Program-made: the position numbers and the translations under genes
The notes under the pieces: generated by a model
The model's database searches: none
Told to the model about the DNA's origin: nothing
The model's input: only the letters and a program-made list of their open reading frames with translations
Assembly: GCA_963719945.1 (NCBI GenBank)
Contig: CAVRDX010000001.1
Span: 64,001 to 128,000 of the forward strand
DNA from: an uncultured Thermoplasmata archaeon
GTDB taxonomy: Archaea; Thermoplasmatota; Thermoplasmata; UBA10834
Direction of reading: 5' to 3'
Length of the DNA: 64,000 nt
Part shown: in pieces, positions 28,218 to 38,588 of the stretch
Layout: every line of letters begins with the position of its first letter
Position numbering within the stretch: the first letter of the stretch is position 1

Positions 28218-28335
28218 GCGTCAGACTTCTGATCATCGAGGACAATATCAAGGGATTCTTGTTTCGAGAATTCTGATCGGACAGACATGAATGAAAATTT
28301 AAGAGGTTTATGGGTTTGTATTCTGAGGCAGACTT

Positions 28336-31300
28336 TCAGAGCATCTTTCCGTTTACTTGCAGGGAATCATACTCGCAGCCCGTCACGAGGTCGTACGCTA
28401 GTATCATACCCTTGCAGTTGCCCATTGTAGCCGTGAGTGTCAGCGTGACTGGCACACTCTCTCCGGGCTGCAGCCAGATCGCATACGAGCTCAGCGTAAG
28501 AGCTGTCCATGGCTGATATGCGGTCGTGGTGATCGTAAGTGTGTAGCTCACATGGTTCGCGCTGTTCTTCAGAGCTACCACGAACTCCCATTCGCCCGGG
28601 ACTGGGTCATCCACAACTATGCTGTCCCCGCTCTCCCACAATATGCCTCGGTTGCTCCAATCGGCAGCATATATGACGACATCGAGGTCGGCATTCTCGT
28701 CGGTCCATTCGATAGATGCTGTCATCGAGAGTGTGCCTGGTTGCACAGTGAACAGCTCGGAACTTGCTCCCTTACCGTGCTGGTCTATCGACGATACCCA
28801 ATCCACGAATGTGTATGTCGCGCTGACGACGGTGTCCATGACTGGCATCAGTCCAACGCCTACAGCATACTCCATGTTGTTCAGCAGGTTCGTTGTCATC
28901 GATGTGCCTGGTTTCACACAGATTCTGTCTGCCTCGAACTGTGCAGCGGTCATGGGCGTGACCGTTACGGTGTACGGTTCCTCGAGCACTCTATCCATCA
29001 TCACTACGTGGAACGCGAGCATCCACATGCCTGGTTCAGGATCTAGCACTGTCAATATGTCCGCGGTGTCTCCCGTGGAAGTCTCCCAAGGCCCGAAAAT
29101 GCCGTCCTTGATGTAATTCGTTATGGACGCATCCACTACTTCCCTATCTGGGTTTATCCAGTATGTGTCGATGTCCGTATTCCAGCTCGACCAGTCTATC
29201 ACTGAAGTCAAGGCGGTGGGTGTCTCGTCCTCTGGCACTTCGACAAAATAGTACTTCCAGTCTCCCTCATTGAATCCCCAGACCTCGTGATTCACATCAA
29301 TGACATCCTCGAACGCTGCCCCTATCTTGATCGGAACTGATATCGCCACCGGGACCAGCGAGTCGACCCCATCATAGCTCGCCTGGATGAATCCAGTGTG
29401 TACTCCCGGGGTCGCGTCTGATGGGACTTCTATGGTCGCGATGGAATCAGCTGTGCTGAACCAGTCCCATGTTGTCAACGAGAAGAACCTGATGCCTACA
29501 TCGAACGGCACTGAAAGGGTCCTGTACATCACAGGAGAGACTCTCAATTCGTAGTCGCCTGGTGTGACCCTTGCGTTCAGTTCCTGCGTGTTCGTGTGGG
29601 CGTATGCATAGTTGATCATGGTCCTCTCACCGTTCTCATCGAGTCTGTAGAGGATGATGTTGATGTGAGTATCGGTGTATCCACCTGAGCTGGTCAACTC
29701 GTGCACGTCCCTTGTGAACACATACTCCTGATCGAACGCTAGGTCGATGGTGATGTAGTCCTCCCCATCTTCAACAGGGAACTCGTAGAACAGATCCTCT
29801 CCATCCAGGCTCGTGCCTGAGAAAGTCATGTCCTCTCGTCCGCTCGGGACATATGTCTTGGAGCCGAGCACGGTTCCATCAGCGAACTCCGTGTTGGCGT
29901 ATGAACCTGCATCAATGGTCAATGCAACCGATGACGGTCCTGGAGCTTGCCAGTCGTTCTCTACAGCGCTGTATGCTGCGAGCGCATCGATCCTGCCTGG
30001 ACCCTGTTCGTTCGGCTCATAACCCATGTCCAACGCGGTGCCCATGATGATCTCCCTTAGCTGATCCGGCGTCGGTGCGATCCCGTGCTTCACGAGATAC
30101 GCCTCATAGATGAGCGCACCAACTCCAGCAGCGACAGGTGCCGCCATGCTGGTTCCTCCGAACTGCATCTCGATCGTATCTCCGGGCTGAGTGGACGGTC
30201 CCCACGCTCCCGCTGCACAGATATCAGGGTCTATCCTTCCATCAGCAGAGGGTCCTCGGCTGCTGAACCAGATCATATGGTCATTCTCGTACCCTTTCTC
30301 GCCTTCCTTCACGATAAGGTATTGTTCATAGTAATCTGACAATGGCCAATACTTCAGTAGCTGGCATTCAGCGTTGAGTGTGGATGCACCTACAGTCATC
30401 GTATTCTTCGAAACTCCCGAACAGCCGACGGTGCTCTGTCCTGTCCCCTCGTTACCTGCGGAGAGGAAGCTCGCGATGCCGTACTCATCCGCGGCTATGT
30501 CCAATGCGTAGGAGGTCGGGTCGTTGCCATCGTTGGGGACCTCCATTCCTCCCAGGCTCATGCTGATTATCTGAGCGTCATCGGCAGTGCCAGCAACGCC
30601 ATCGTCACCAGTAATCGCCCATTCTATGCCGCCGATGATCCAAGTGTCCCAGCCGTACCCTGTATCGTCCAGGACCTTCCCGGTCATCAGCTTTGCCGCA
30701 GGAGCCATGCCCATCATCTTGACTACGCCATCATATACGGAGACCACGTAGTCATTGAGACCTCTCGAAGCAACCAGTCCTGCAGTTGCGGTGCCGTGTC
30801 CATCCACGTCATGGAACTCCTCGCTCGTGAATGATCTGTACGATTTGATAGCATCCTTGAGGTCATTCTGTGTTATATCACAGCCCGTATCCAGGACCGC
30901 GACAGTCACACCATAGCCTTTGATCCCCTTTTCCCAGACATCCTCTGCCCCCATCTCCGCAGATGTAGATGCCCACCATGTGTTCGTGGCCTCAGTCGCG
31001 TCTAATTTCCCGATGCCAAGGGTAGCATATGTGTAGGCTTGCTCGTTCTTGTCATCCAGGAGCCGGTATTTCTTCTCATCAAGGAATATCTTCTCTACCT
31101 GATCCAGTGCGGCAACGCCCATCGCGGATCTCGAATCCATCTCAACAGCGAGCGCACCAAGGGCCGAAAATCTCTCCTTGACCGATGCTCCTGCCTTAAC
31201 CATAGCTCGTCCAACCGAATCGATGTCAGCATCGTCCGTGATGAAGACCACTGTTGTGAAAGAGGCGGTCTGTCCAGATTTCATCGCCCCCAACAATTGC

Positions 31301-31530
31301 GTTCGTAATTCTGGCTCGAACTTATCCATGGCGTTGGCGCCGACCGCTCCAGACGGTGGGGACAATGCCACCGCTGCCATACTCGCAGTCATCGCGAATG
31401 CCATCAGAATGCATGCTAGTCTCGTGCTCGCTCTCAACCTATCTTCCCCCCTGAATCCGTTGATATTCTGGGAGGCACCTGCATCCATGTATGTTGAGCT
31501 AGATGCAGAATCCCTTTGTTCATGTGCCAC
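28336..31530 (-). CDS. Exported S8 (subtilisin-family) serine protease with propeptide and C-terminal PPC-like beta domains
   Basis: VAVLDTG, DGHGTATAG, SAGNEG, GGTSMAAP; N-terminal hydrophobic signal. Confidence 0.95.
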   Translation of the reverse strand: MAHEQRDSASSSTYMDAGASQNINGFRGEDRLRASTRLACILMAFAMTASMAAVALSPPSGAVGANAMDKFEPELRTQLLGAMKSGQTASFTTVVFITDDADIDSVGRAMVKAGASVKERFSALGALAVEMDSRSAMGVAALDQVEKIFLDEKKYRLLDDKNEQAYTYATLGIGKLDATEATNTWWASTSAEMGAEDVWEKGIKGYGVTVAVLDTGCDITQNDLKDAIKSYRSFTSEEFHDVDGHGTATAGLVASRGLNDYVVSVYDGVVKMMGMAPAAKLMTGKVLDDTGYGWDTWIIGGIEWAITGDDGVAGTADDAQIISMSLGGMEVPNDGNDPTSYALDIAADEYGIASFLSAGNEGTGQSTVGCSGVSKNTMTVGASTLNAECQLLKYWPLSDYYEQYLIVKEGEKGYENDHMIWFSSRGPSADGRIDPDICAAGAWGPSTQPGDTIEMQFGGTSMAAPVAAGVGALIYEAYLVKHGIAPTPDQLREIIMGTALDMGYEPNEQGPGRIDALAAYSAVENDWQAPGPSSVALTIDAGSYANTEFADGTVLGSKTYVPSGREDMTFSGTSLDGEDLFYEFPVEDGEDYITIDLAFDQEYVFTRDVHELTSSGGYTDTHINIILYRLDENGERTMINYAYAHTNTQELNARVTPGDYELRVSPVMYRTLSVPFDVGIRFFSLTTWDWFSTADSIATIEVPSDATPGVHTGFIQASYDGVDSLVPVAISVPIKIGAAFEDVIDVNHEVWGFNEGDWKYYFVEVPEDETPTALTSVIDWSSWNTDIDTYWINPDREVVDASITNYIKDGIFGPWETSTGDTADILTVLDPEPGMWMLAFHVVMMDRVLEEPYTVTVTPMTAAQFEADRICVKPGTSMTTNLLNNMEYAVGVGLMPVMDTVVSATYTFVDWVSSIDQHGKGASSELFTVQPGTLSMTASIEWTDENADLDVVIYAADWSNRGILWESGDSIVVDDPVPGEWEFVVALKNSANHVSYTLTITTTAYQPWTALTLSSYAIWLQPGESVPVTLTLTATMGNCKGMILAYDLVTGCEYDSLQVNGKML

Positions 31531-31642
31531 CCAAGCATGGGATTCCTATGGTGCTCTCCCCGTGCCCCAATGAACAATATTGTGCTATACTAAAGTTGCG
31601 GAGAATCTCTCCTTATGAGGGCAAATTCAGGCTGAACAATGC

Positions 31643-32899
31643 CTATATCTCGCAGGTCTCCCCAACCTGTGATGCATTGGTCCTTGGGAGCTTCTTCATG
31701 ATCCTTCTGAGCAAGGTAGGCGCGATGAGCACGCTTATGACTCCCATGAGCACGATAACCGAATAGATCGTATTGTCTATGATGCCCTCGTTCAAGCCGT
31801 ACAACGCTATGATCATCGCCACTTCCAGTCTGGCCGCCATGCCAAGACCTATCGCCACGGACTCGATATTCGTCATGCCGAATATCCTGGCGGGGATCGC
31901 ACTTCCAACGACTTTGGTGAGGATCGCCACTCCCGCTAAGGCGATTGCGAACATCCAGATGTCTAATGGCAATCTGATGTCAACAAGCACTCCGAGCGAT
32001 ATGAAGAAGATCGGCGCGAATGCCCATTCCAAGAAGATGATTCCTTCTCGGAATTGTTTCCTATATTCGCATCTCGAGAAACTCGTGCCTGCGACAAATG
32101 CTCCAACGATTGCTGAGATGCCTATCTGGTTGGATACAAAGGCGTAAAGGAACGCGAACGAGAGCGCTAGGATGAATCCGCTCTCGGGTATGCCATGTTT
32201 CAATCCCTTTCGCTCGGTCATGCCGATTATCTTCACTATTATCCTCGAACCGACAAACGTGCCACCTACGACGAACAAGATCGCCGCTATGGATATCAGT
32301 GCGACATCCGAGAAGTCGATGCCACTGCCGGTCCCAACCCCGATGGAGATGGCGAGTACAATCATCCCCAGCACGTCATCGACGACCGCAGCTCCGAGAA
32401 TGGTCTTGGCCATACTAGATGATATGATTCCCATCTCCCTCAGGACGCCTCCCGTGATTGCGACGCTTGTCGCGACGAGGGCGGTTCCGACGAAGATGGA
32501 TTGTGCGAAGCTCGTTCCGGGGAGGAGTGTGGATGCAAGCGCGAACCCTCCTATCCAAGGGAGGGTTATGCCACCTATCGCGATGAAGATGTTCTTCTTC
32601 GTGTAGATTTCCTTGAAGTCGCACTCCAATCCTATGACGAAGAGCATGATGGTCGCGCCGAAGGTTGCCAATAGTGTGATTATGTCGGTAGTGCCTGCTC
32701 CCTCCGTCCCGTTCCCGGACGTAATCGTGATAAGATTGAGAACGCTGGGACCGATTATGATTCCGATCACTATCTGTCCCACGGTCTTCGGAAGCCCCAC
32801 CCTGACGAATATCATGCTGGATGCGATTGCGATCGCTAGCAGCATCGCAACCTGGAACCACAGGTCGTTGGATATCTCGGCCCAGATCTCAGATAGCAT
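31643..32899 (-). CDS. Cation:proton antiporter, CPA2 family
   Basis: GIIIGPS, LFVIGLE, ATSVAIT, AAVVDDVLG, PIFF. Confidence 0.93.
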   Translation of the reverse strand: MLSEIWAEISNDLWFQVAMLLAIAIASSMIFVRVGLPKTVGQIVIGIIIGPSVLNLITITSGNGTEGAGTTDIITLLATFGATIMLFVIGLECDFKEIYTKKNIFIAIGGITLPWIGGFALASTLLPGTSFAQSIFVGTALVATSVAITGGVLREMGIISSSMAKTILGAAVVDDVLGMIVLAISIGVGTGSGIDFSDVALISIAAILFVVGGTFVGSRIIVKIIGMTERKGLKHGIPESGFILALSFAFLYAFVSNQIGISAIVGAFVAGTSFSRCEYRKQFREGIIFLEWAFAPIFFISLGVLVDIRLPLDIWMFAIALAGVAILTKVVGSAIPARIFGMTNIESVAIGLGMAARLEVAMIIALYGLNEGIIDNTIYSVIVLMGVISVLIAPTLLRRIMKKLPRTNASQVGETCEI

Positions 32900-32953
32900 G
32901 ACTTCGTCTTGATGACGTAGTCATCTGATAAAGCTTTTCAACCTGGCGGCAGG

Positions 32954-34231
32954 CTATCTCTTCAGTAGTTGCATGATCGGTGACTTACGGAAATCCCTCT
33001 TTCTGCTTCCTGTCAACAATCTATCCGTTCTGAATATCCAGACCGCGATCGCTATCATCACCACCGCGAATATCGTGACATAGATGATGCCTGATATCAC
33101 GAGGATGTAGTCGTCGAACATCAAGCTCCTCATTGCCATCATCGGATGGGAGAAAGGTATCGCGAACAGGAGGACCTGAGCGGCCAATGGCAGTGTGTTG
33201 TAGTCCTTGAACATCGTGATGAACATGGGGATCATTGCGAGTATGGCCACCGGGCCGGTCAACGTCTGCGCTGATTTGTAATCTCTGGTGAACGTGCCAA
33301 GCACCATGCACAATGACAGTGCTGCCAACAGGCTTACGAAGAGGGATACACCCACGAGAACGAAGTCCAGGGTATTCAGAGCGAGCCCATATTCGGCGAG
33401 GTCGATGTCCACACCCGCGGAGAACGAGGTCATGTAATAGTTGAATCCTAGCATGTATATTCCTGCCATCAGGAGCCCGATGATTGCGCTGGCCACCAGC
33501 TTTCCTGTGACTATAGAACTGCGCTTGACTGGCAGGGTCAGTAGAGTCTCAAGCGTCTTGCTCTCCTTCTCCATGCCCATGGAGCTGATGACCGTTCCTC
33601 CGGCCATCATAATGATCATCATGATTATGATCGGGACGGTCATTGATTGAGATGAGATTATTGTTTCAAGAGTGCCAGGTGAGATGCCTTCCATCTCCTT
33701 GTCTTTGAATAATGTGGTATCCGTCGTGGTAGTTGGATTAAGCACCAATGAAGGGTCGCTTGACGATCCCGTCTCGATCATGTATGCCGATATGCCAGAT
33801 TCGACGCTGTATATCAGATTCTGCACCGAAACAGATGATATGGAGTCCAGAAGTCCCGCGCCTTTCATTATCCAGAATATCTGGATCGTCCCAACGGTTT
33901 CGTTGGATATGTTCTCTGTATAATTCGAAGGGATCACCAAGAGCGCGGTGGCGCCTTCTTCCTTGGCTATAATCAAACCTTCATCGATATCCGTCCCATT
34001 GTAGACGATCTCTGCTCCTTGGGATAACACGTACATTGTGATATCTGAAAACACGCCATCATCCAGGTCCACCACACCGATGACCGGCTCTGAGGTAGCT
34101 TCCTCCTGGACACCGCTCATCATGTTCCCAAGATAGCCGAATAGAATCGCGATCACGATGATCGGGAGTATAGTCGATTTGGTGAGCATTTCCTTGATTT
34201 CCTTCCTGATTATGTTTGTAATAGCCTTCAT
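32954..34231 (-). CDS. ABC-2 exporter permease (NatB-like)
   Basis: EKESKTLETLLTLPV.R..IV.GK motif, 6 TM plus extracellular loop. Confidence 0.9.
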   Translation of the reverse strand: MKAITNIIRKEIKEMLTKSTILPIIVIAILFGYLGNMMSGVQEEATSEPVIGVVDLDDGVFSDITMYVLSQGAEIVYNGTDIDEGLIIAKEEGATALLVIPSNYTENISNETVGTIQIFWIMKGAGLLDSISSVSVQNLIYSVESGISAYMIETGSSSDPSLVLNPTTTTDTTLFKDKEMEGISPGTLETIISSQSMTVPIIIMMIIMMAGGTVISSMGMEKESKTLETLLTLPVKRSSIVTGKLVASAIIGLLMAGIYMLGFNYYMTSFSAGVDIDLAEYGLALNTLDFVLVGVSLFVSLLAALSLCMVLGTFTRDYKSAQTLTGPVAILAMIPMFITMFKDYNTLPLAAQVLLFAIPFSHPMMAMRSLMFDDYILVISGIIYVTIFAVVMIAIAVWIFRTDRLLTGSRKRDFRKSPIMQLLKR

Positions 34232-34950
34232 GTGACCACCCTCATGAAGACATCCTCGATGTTGGCTGCATCATACTTCTTCTTCAGATCGGCTGGAGTG
34301 CCCAACTCGACTATGACGCCGTCGTTGATCAGGGCAATCCGATCGCACATGTACTCGACCTCGAGCATATTATGGGATGATAGGAGCACAGTTGTGCCCT
34401 TCCTCGCGATGTCCTTTACTATCTTCCTTATCTCCTGCGCATTGACGACATCCAGGCCAGATGTGAGCTCGTCCAGTATCGCAAGTCTCGGATTCGTCAT
34501 GAGTGCTCTTCCCACGAGCAATCTCCTGGTCATGCCCTTGCTGTAGGTATTCACCTTGTCGTCGATACGGTCCCCTAGGTCGGCTATCTCGATTCCTCTA
34601 GCGACGATATCCTTGGCAGCCTTGCCGCTCGCGAAGAAGTTCGCGATGAATCTGAGGTAGTCCCTACCAGTGAGGTTCTTGTAGGCGCCAGCATCCTCTG
34701 GCAGATAGCTCAATATCTTGCGCACCTCATGAGGCTCTTTTGCCAGATCGTGCCCGAACACGTTCACGGAGCCTCCGGAGATCTCCAGAAGCGTGGCGAT
34801 CACTCTCAATGTGGTCGTCTTCCCAGCCCCGTTGGGACCGATGAGTCCGAAGACCTCCCGGTCTTCTACTTCGAAGGAGATACCTTTGACTCCCTTGAAT
34901 GAACCGTAGTTCTTATCCAGGTTCTTCACCTCTACAGCGGGCATTGTCAT
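34228..34950 (-). CDS. ABC exporter ATP-binding subunit (NatA-like)
   Basis: GPNGAGKTT, YSKGM, ILDE, SSH. Confidence 0.95.
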   Translation of the reverse strand: MTMPAVEVKNLDKNYGSFKGVKGISFEVEDREVFGLIGPNGAGKTTTLRVIATLLEISGGSVNVFGHDLAKEPHEVRKILSYLPEDAGAYKNLTGRDYLRFIANFFASGKAAKDIVARGIEIADLGDRIDDKVNTYSKGMTRRLLVGRALMTNPRLAILDELTSGLDVVNAQEIRKIVKDIARKGTTVLLSSHNMLEVEYMCDRIALINDGVIVELGTPADLKKKYDAANIEDVFMRVVT

Positions 34951-35062
34951 TCACCTTCTTTCAAGTCGATTATAGGTTACCCATACTTACAGTTGGCGGA
35001 GGACGACCACGGGGATATCCAATGAAAAATAGGAATTACCGCTTCCGCCCTTCACCGGTATC

Positions 35063-35338
35063 ATGGAAGCTTGGACGGTTCTCGGTATTCTCGCTGGCGC
35101 TATGACCTCATCGGGCTATGTCCCTCAGATCGTGAAGGGCTGGCGTTCCAGGAGGATGGATGACCTCTCATTGCTGATGCCTGCGATACTCGGTATAGGC
35201 ATGTTCCTTTGGTTGCTCTACGGCATACATATGCAGGACATCGCAATCATCGTAGCCAATATAACTGGCTGCGCGCTCACTGCCACCATCGTCGCTATGA
35301 AACTCTATTTCGATGCCAGGTCAAGATCCGCATCGTGA
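35063..35338 (+). CDS. SemiSWEET / PQ-loop family transporter
   Basis: YVPQIVK...DLS...LWLLYG...IIVAN, 3 TM. Confidence 0.9.
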   Translation: MEAWTVLGILAGAMTSSGYVPQIVKGWRSRRMDDLSLLMPAILGIGMFLWLLYGIHMQDIAIIVANITGCALTATIVAMKLYFDARSRSAS

Positions 35339-35355
35339 ACCCTCATCGCATGGAA

Positions 35356-36243
35356 TCATTTGAAAAGGAATGGTCGGATCTTCTCGACGATCTCTTCCGA
35401 GGGCTCGTCGGCCGGCACTAGTTCTATGTCGTCCGGGTTCGTCACTCCAAGGCCGAGCTCGACCGCCCTCTTGATCTGATCCTGCTCGAAAACCGCCCTG
35501 TTCTCTATCTTCCTCGTAGTGCCATGCATCTTCAGGGCCGCTACCCCGACTGCGTCCATCGCTATCCTGTCCGTCGATGCGAATGTGAGGTTGGCGGACC
35601 ACTTCTTGCCTTTCATCGGCCCACCCTCATAGAATGCATCGACTCCATCCATCACAAGCAACGCAGGCGTGTACGCCACATTCATCTCGGCTATCATGTT
35701 CCGTTGGTTGATCAGAGCGGTATGAAGCTCGGTCATGTTACTTGCGTGCACCATACCTGTAGTGAGCTTGAGTGACATCGTGAAGTGACCGCCATACTGA
35801 TGCGTCTTCAGACAGCACAGGCCTATCACCGCATCGGCTTCTAGGACTGGCTTGGCAAAGAGGAAGCCGTTCCTCCAGTGACTGCCCGGAGGTTTTATCT
35901 TCACCCATCTGTCCTTTGACATCTTATCGAATATGGTGCACTCAAAACCCATCTTCTTCCCAAGGTCGAAGACGCCCTTCTCCTGGAACACCTTCGTGGT
36001 GTCTGCAGGCCCGCTCCTATCACCTACGCTCAATCCTGATGGGCTTCGTTCCTTCACCAGCTCCACCATCGACATGAGCGTGTCGTTGTGGGTCGACCCG
36101 GGTGTGGGATCGGCTGTGTTGAAGTTGGGCTTTATAAGGACCCGCTTCCCCTCGATATCGGGCATGCCTATGATCTCCACGGCCTTCTTCAGAGCGATAC
36201 TCCTGTCAGGATTATGGACCACGGATACGATCGATGTGGGCAT
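35356..36243 (-). CDS. DUF362 domain protein
   Basis: VLIKPNFN, LKTH, TMSLK, DRIAMDAV. Confidence 0.9.
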   Translation of the reverse strand: MPTSIVSVVHNPDRSIALKKAVEIIGMPDIEGKRVLIKPNFNTADPTPGSTHNDTLMSMVELVKERSPSGLSVGDRSGPADTTKVFQEKGVFDLGKKMGFECTIFDKMSKDRWVKIKPPGSHWRNGFLFAKPVLEADAVIGLCCLKTHQYGGHFTMSLKLTTGMVHASNMTELHTALINQRNMIAEMNVAYTPALLVMDGVDAFYEGGPMKGKKWSANLTFASTDRIAMDAVGVAALKMHGTTRKIENRAVFEQDQIKRAVELGLGVTNPDDIELVPADEPSEEIVEKIRPFLFK

Positions 36244-36290
36244 GTAGAATACACCTCCTCGGTGCTGATAATATGCCTGCGTGATTTACA

Positions 36291-36776
36291 TTACTCTTTC
36301 GGAGAGATCGCATCCATCGCTAGCGCGACTGCGTGTTCTGGCGTTTCGGCTTCGACCAGATGGGGTATCTTTTTGTGATATGCTCTTTCAAGCTTCCATG
36401 TTCCGAGACCTATCACGGTCTTGCCTAGGTTCAGTGCATGGCCGATCTCCGAGAGCGTACCGAACTCCCCTCCGACAGCGATCACTATGTCTGCAGTCTT
36501 CACGAGCATGACGTTCCTGCCGACCCCCATCCCTGTGACGATCGGTATCTGGACATATGGGTTCGCATCGTTCCGGTCGTCAGAGGGTATTATGCCGATC
36601 GTGAGACCTCCTTCATTCCTCGCGCCCTTGCACACGGCCTCCATCACGCCTCCCAATCCCCCACAGACCACAGCTGCGCCGTGTTTCGCGATTTCGGACC
36701 CCAGCTTCTCGGCCTGACGGTATGTCTCCTCGTCCGGCCTGTTCGCCCCTATAACCCCTATGATCTTGAACGCCAT
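36291..36776 (-). CDS. TIGR00725 / LOG-like Rossmann protein
   Basis: CGGLGGVMEA, TGMG.GRN, GGEFGTLSEI. Confidence 0.92.
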   Translation of the reverse strand: MAFKIIGVIGANRPDEETYRQAEKLGSEIAKHGAAVVCGGLGGVMEAVCKGARNEGGLTIGIIPSDDRNDANPYVQIPIVTGMGVGRNVMLVKTADIVIAVGGEFGTLSEIGHALNLGKTVIGLGTWKLERAYHKKIPHLVEAETPEHAVALAMDAISPKE

Positions 36777-36890
36777 TTCATTACTACATGGTGCTCTTCC
36801 GACTTAAATTCAATCCAGGGCACTGGCCATCCATCGACATGTTTATTAGGTAACCGACCCGATATTGACGCAAGTATTGGAGGCTCCCCC

Positions 36891-37421
36891 ATGCCAGATA
36901 TTAGGGATAGGATTGAGGAAGACAGGGGTATTCTGAAGAAGATCCAAAATTATGTTCCTGGATTCAGAGGATACAGGCGCAGAGAGGATCTTCGTGACGC
37001 GGACCGCATGCTCAGGGCTCAATTGGCACAGAAACTCAGCGATGAGAGGAGAGGTCTTGAGGAGTGCAGAGGCCTGCTGGTGCAGAGCTATGGCTCAAAG
37101 GAGCGGGAACTGATTGGCGGCCTAATCAATCAATTCAAGAAGACCGAAGGATTGGTCCTTCATGCTGAGACGGGCTATTCTGGATTCGTGGCAGATATCC
37201 AGATCAAGGAGGAGCAGCTCGACAAGCTGTACGAGTACGATGCGAGCATGCTCGACCATCTCACATCGATCACTGCGAGCATAGAGTCACTCAAGAATTC
37301 CCTGATGGCGGCTGATGAGACTACGAGCCACAGGGATATCATGAACATCAGGGCTAGGATCACCGATTTCGAGGACAAGTTCAATCGCAGAATGCGCGTG
37401 ATAGAAGGCACGGAGGTGTGA
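36891..37421 (+). CDS. Conserved all-helical hypothetical protein, first gene of the SPFH operon
   Basis: GGAGG RBS; KIQ.YVPGFRGY.RREDLR.AD..LR...A.GYSG...L..LYEYD. Confidence 0.85.
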   Translation: MPDIRDRIEEDRGILKKIQNYVPGFRGYRRREDLRDADRMLRAQLAQKLSDERRGLEECRGLLVQSYGSKERELIGGLINQFKKTEGLVLHAETGYSGFVADIQIKEEQLDKLYEYDASMLDHLTSITASIESLKNSLMAADETTSHRDIMNIRARITDFEDKFNRRMRVIEGTEV

Positions 37422-37425
37422 TGTA

Positions 37426-38544
37426 ATGAGTGTCATAGGGGCAGCAACTTTCAAGTGGGAAGATGTGGACAAGCGCACGAACATAATGTACCGCATGCCT
37501 CGAAACATCCGATTCAACGACAACATAGTCGTTCGTGAAGACGAGGTGGCGGTGTTCTACAGGGACGGAAAGGCGCTGGCCTACATAGATAGACCAGACA
37601 GATACGCCCTTTCCTCGCTTAACGCGCCGATTGTCGGAGCCATCGTGAAATTCCTTTCAGGCGTCCAGCAGCAGGCTGAAGTCATATATCTTCAGAAGCG
37701 TGCGATCGATGGCAAGTTCGGCAGCAAGCAGCCATACCAGTTCCGGGACAAGGAGTTCGGAATGGTCAATCTGCGCGTGTTCGGGGAGTTCCGATACAAG
37801 GTCGCGTCACCAGCCAACTTCGTGAACGAGTTCGTCGGAACGCTCAACTATTCTGCGAGCGCGGAGATAGAGGAGAGGATCAAGGAACAGATGGTCATAC
37901 TGATCTACGACTCCATCGGCGACATGAAGAACGAGGGTATGGGTGTCGCTGACATGGCGAGCAACCTGACCAGCATCGAGCAGGTCGTCCTGTCACGGAC
38001 AAAGGATCATTTCGACCTCTATGGTATCTCGATCGACAAGATATCTGGATTGTACATTTCATTGCCTGAAGAAGTCCAGAAGGCGGTTGATACGCGTGCA
38101 TCGATGCAGATACTCGGTACCAACTATGTCCAGTACCAATCCGGACAGGCCATGCGCGAGGCAGCTGCGAATCCTGCCGGCGGTGCTGCTGCGGCAGGTG
38201 TTGGCGTCGGGGCTGGGATCGGCATGGGATGGACCATGATGGATTCTATGCGACAACCATCACCTGTGCCTGGGCAGCCGGCTCAGCCACAGTCGATGCC
38301 TGGGGTTGCATGTCCGAAATGTGGCACTCAGAACCCGCCCACGGGCAAGTTCTGCTCATCGTGTGGCGCGAAGCTCGGGGCTGTCACGGTCGAATGTCCG
38401 AAATGCAAGGCGGCTGTTCCAGAGACCTCCAAGTTCTGCCCGGAATGCGGTGGTCCGATCGGAGGGAACAAGAAATGTGCTTCCTGCGGCGCTGAGGTGC
38501 CTGTGAGCGTGAAGTTCTGCCCTGAGTGTGGGAAGACACCTTGA
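37426..38544 (+). CDS. SPFH/band-7-like (YdjI-type) protein with C-terminal zinc ribbons
   Basis: VVREDEVAVFYRDGK, V.LR.FG.F..KV..P..F, ISLPEEV.KA.D, G.GAG.GMG, six CxxC motifs. Confidence 0.9.
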   Translation: MSVIGAATFKWEDVDKRTNIMYRMPRNIRFNDNIVVREDEVAVFYRDGKALAYIDRPDRYALSSLNAPIVGAIVKFLSGVQQQAEVIYLQKRAIDGKFGSKQPYQFRDKEFGMVNLRVFGEFRYKVASPANFVNEFVGTLNYSASAEIEERIKEQMVILIYDSIGDMKNEGMGVADMASNLTSIEQVVLSRTKDHFDLYGISIDKISGLYISLPEEVQKAVDTRASMQILGTNYVQYQSGQAMREAAANPAGGAAAAGVGVGAGIGMGWTMMDSMRQPSPVPGQPAQPQSMPGVACPKCGTQNPPTGKFCSSCGAKLGAVTVECPKCKAAVPETSKFCPECGGPIGGNKKCASCGAEVPVSVKFCPECGKTP

Positions 38545-38588
38545 ATCCAATGGCATGATTGAGGTCTGGTTGATGGTTGGGTGGGAAA

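Noticed and set aside
20880-28330. Provirus or integrative element at tRNA-Ala
   Set aside because: No integrase, viral hallmark gene or duplicated tRNA 3' end was found by eye.
28336-31530. Subtilase as the activator of the gasdermin-like protein
   Set aside because: It is 5 kb away, has host-like composition and carries a signal peptide and propeptide, so it is probably extracellular. Not fully excluded, since fungal gasdermins are activated by subtilases.
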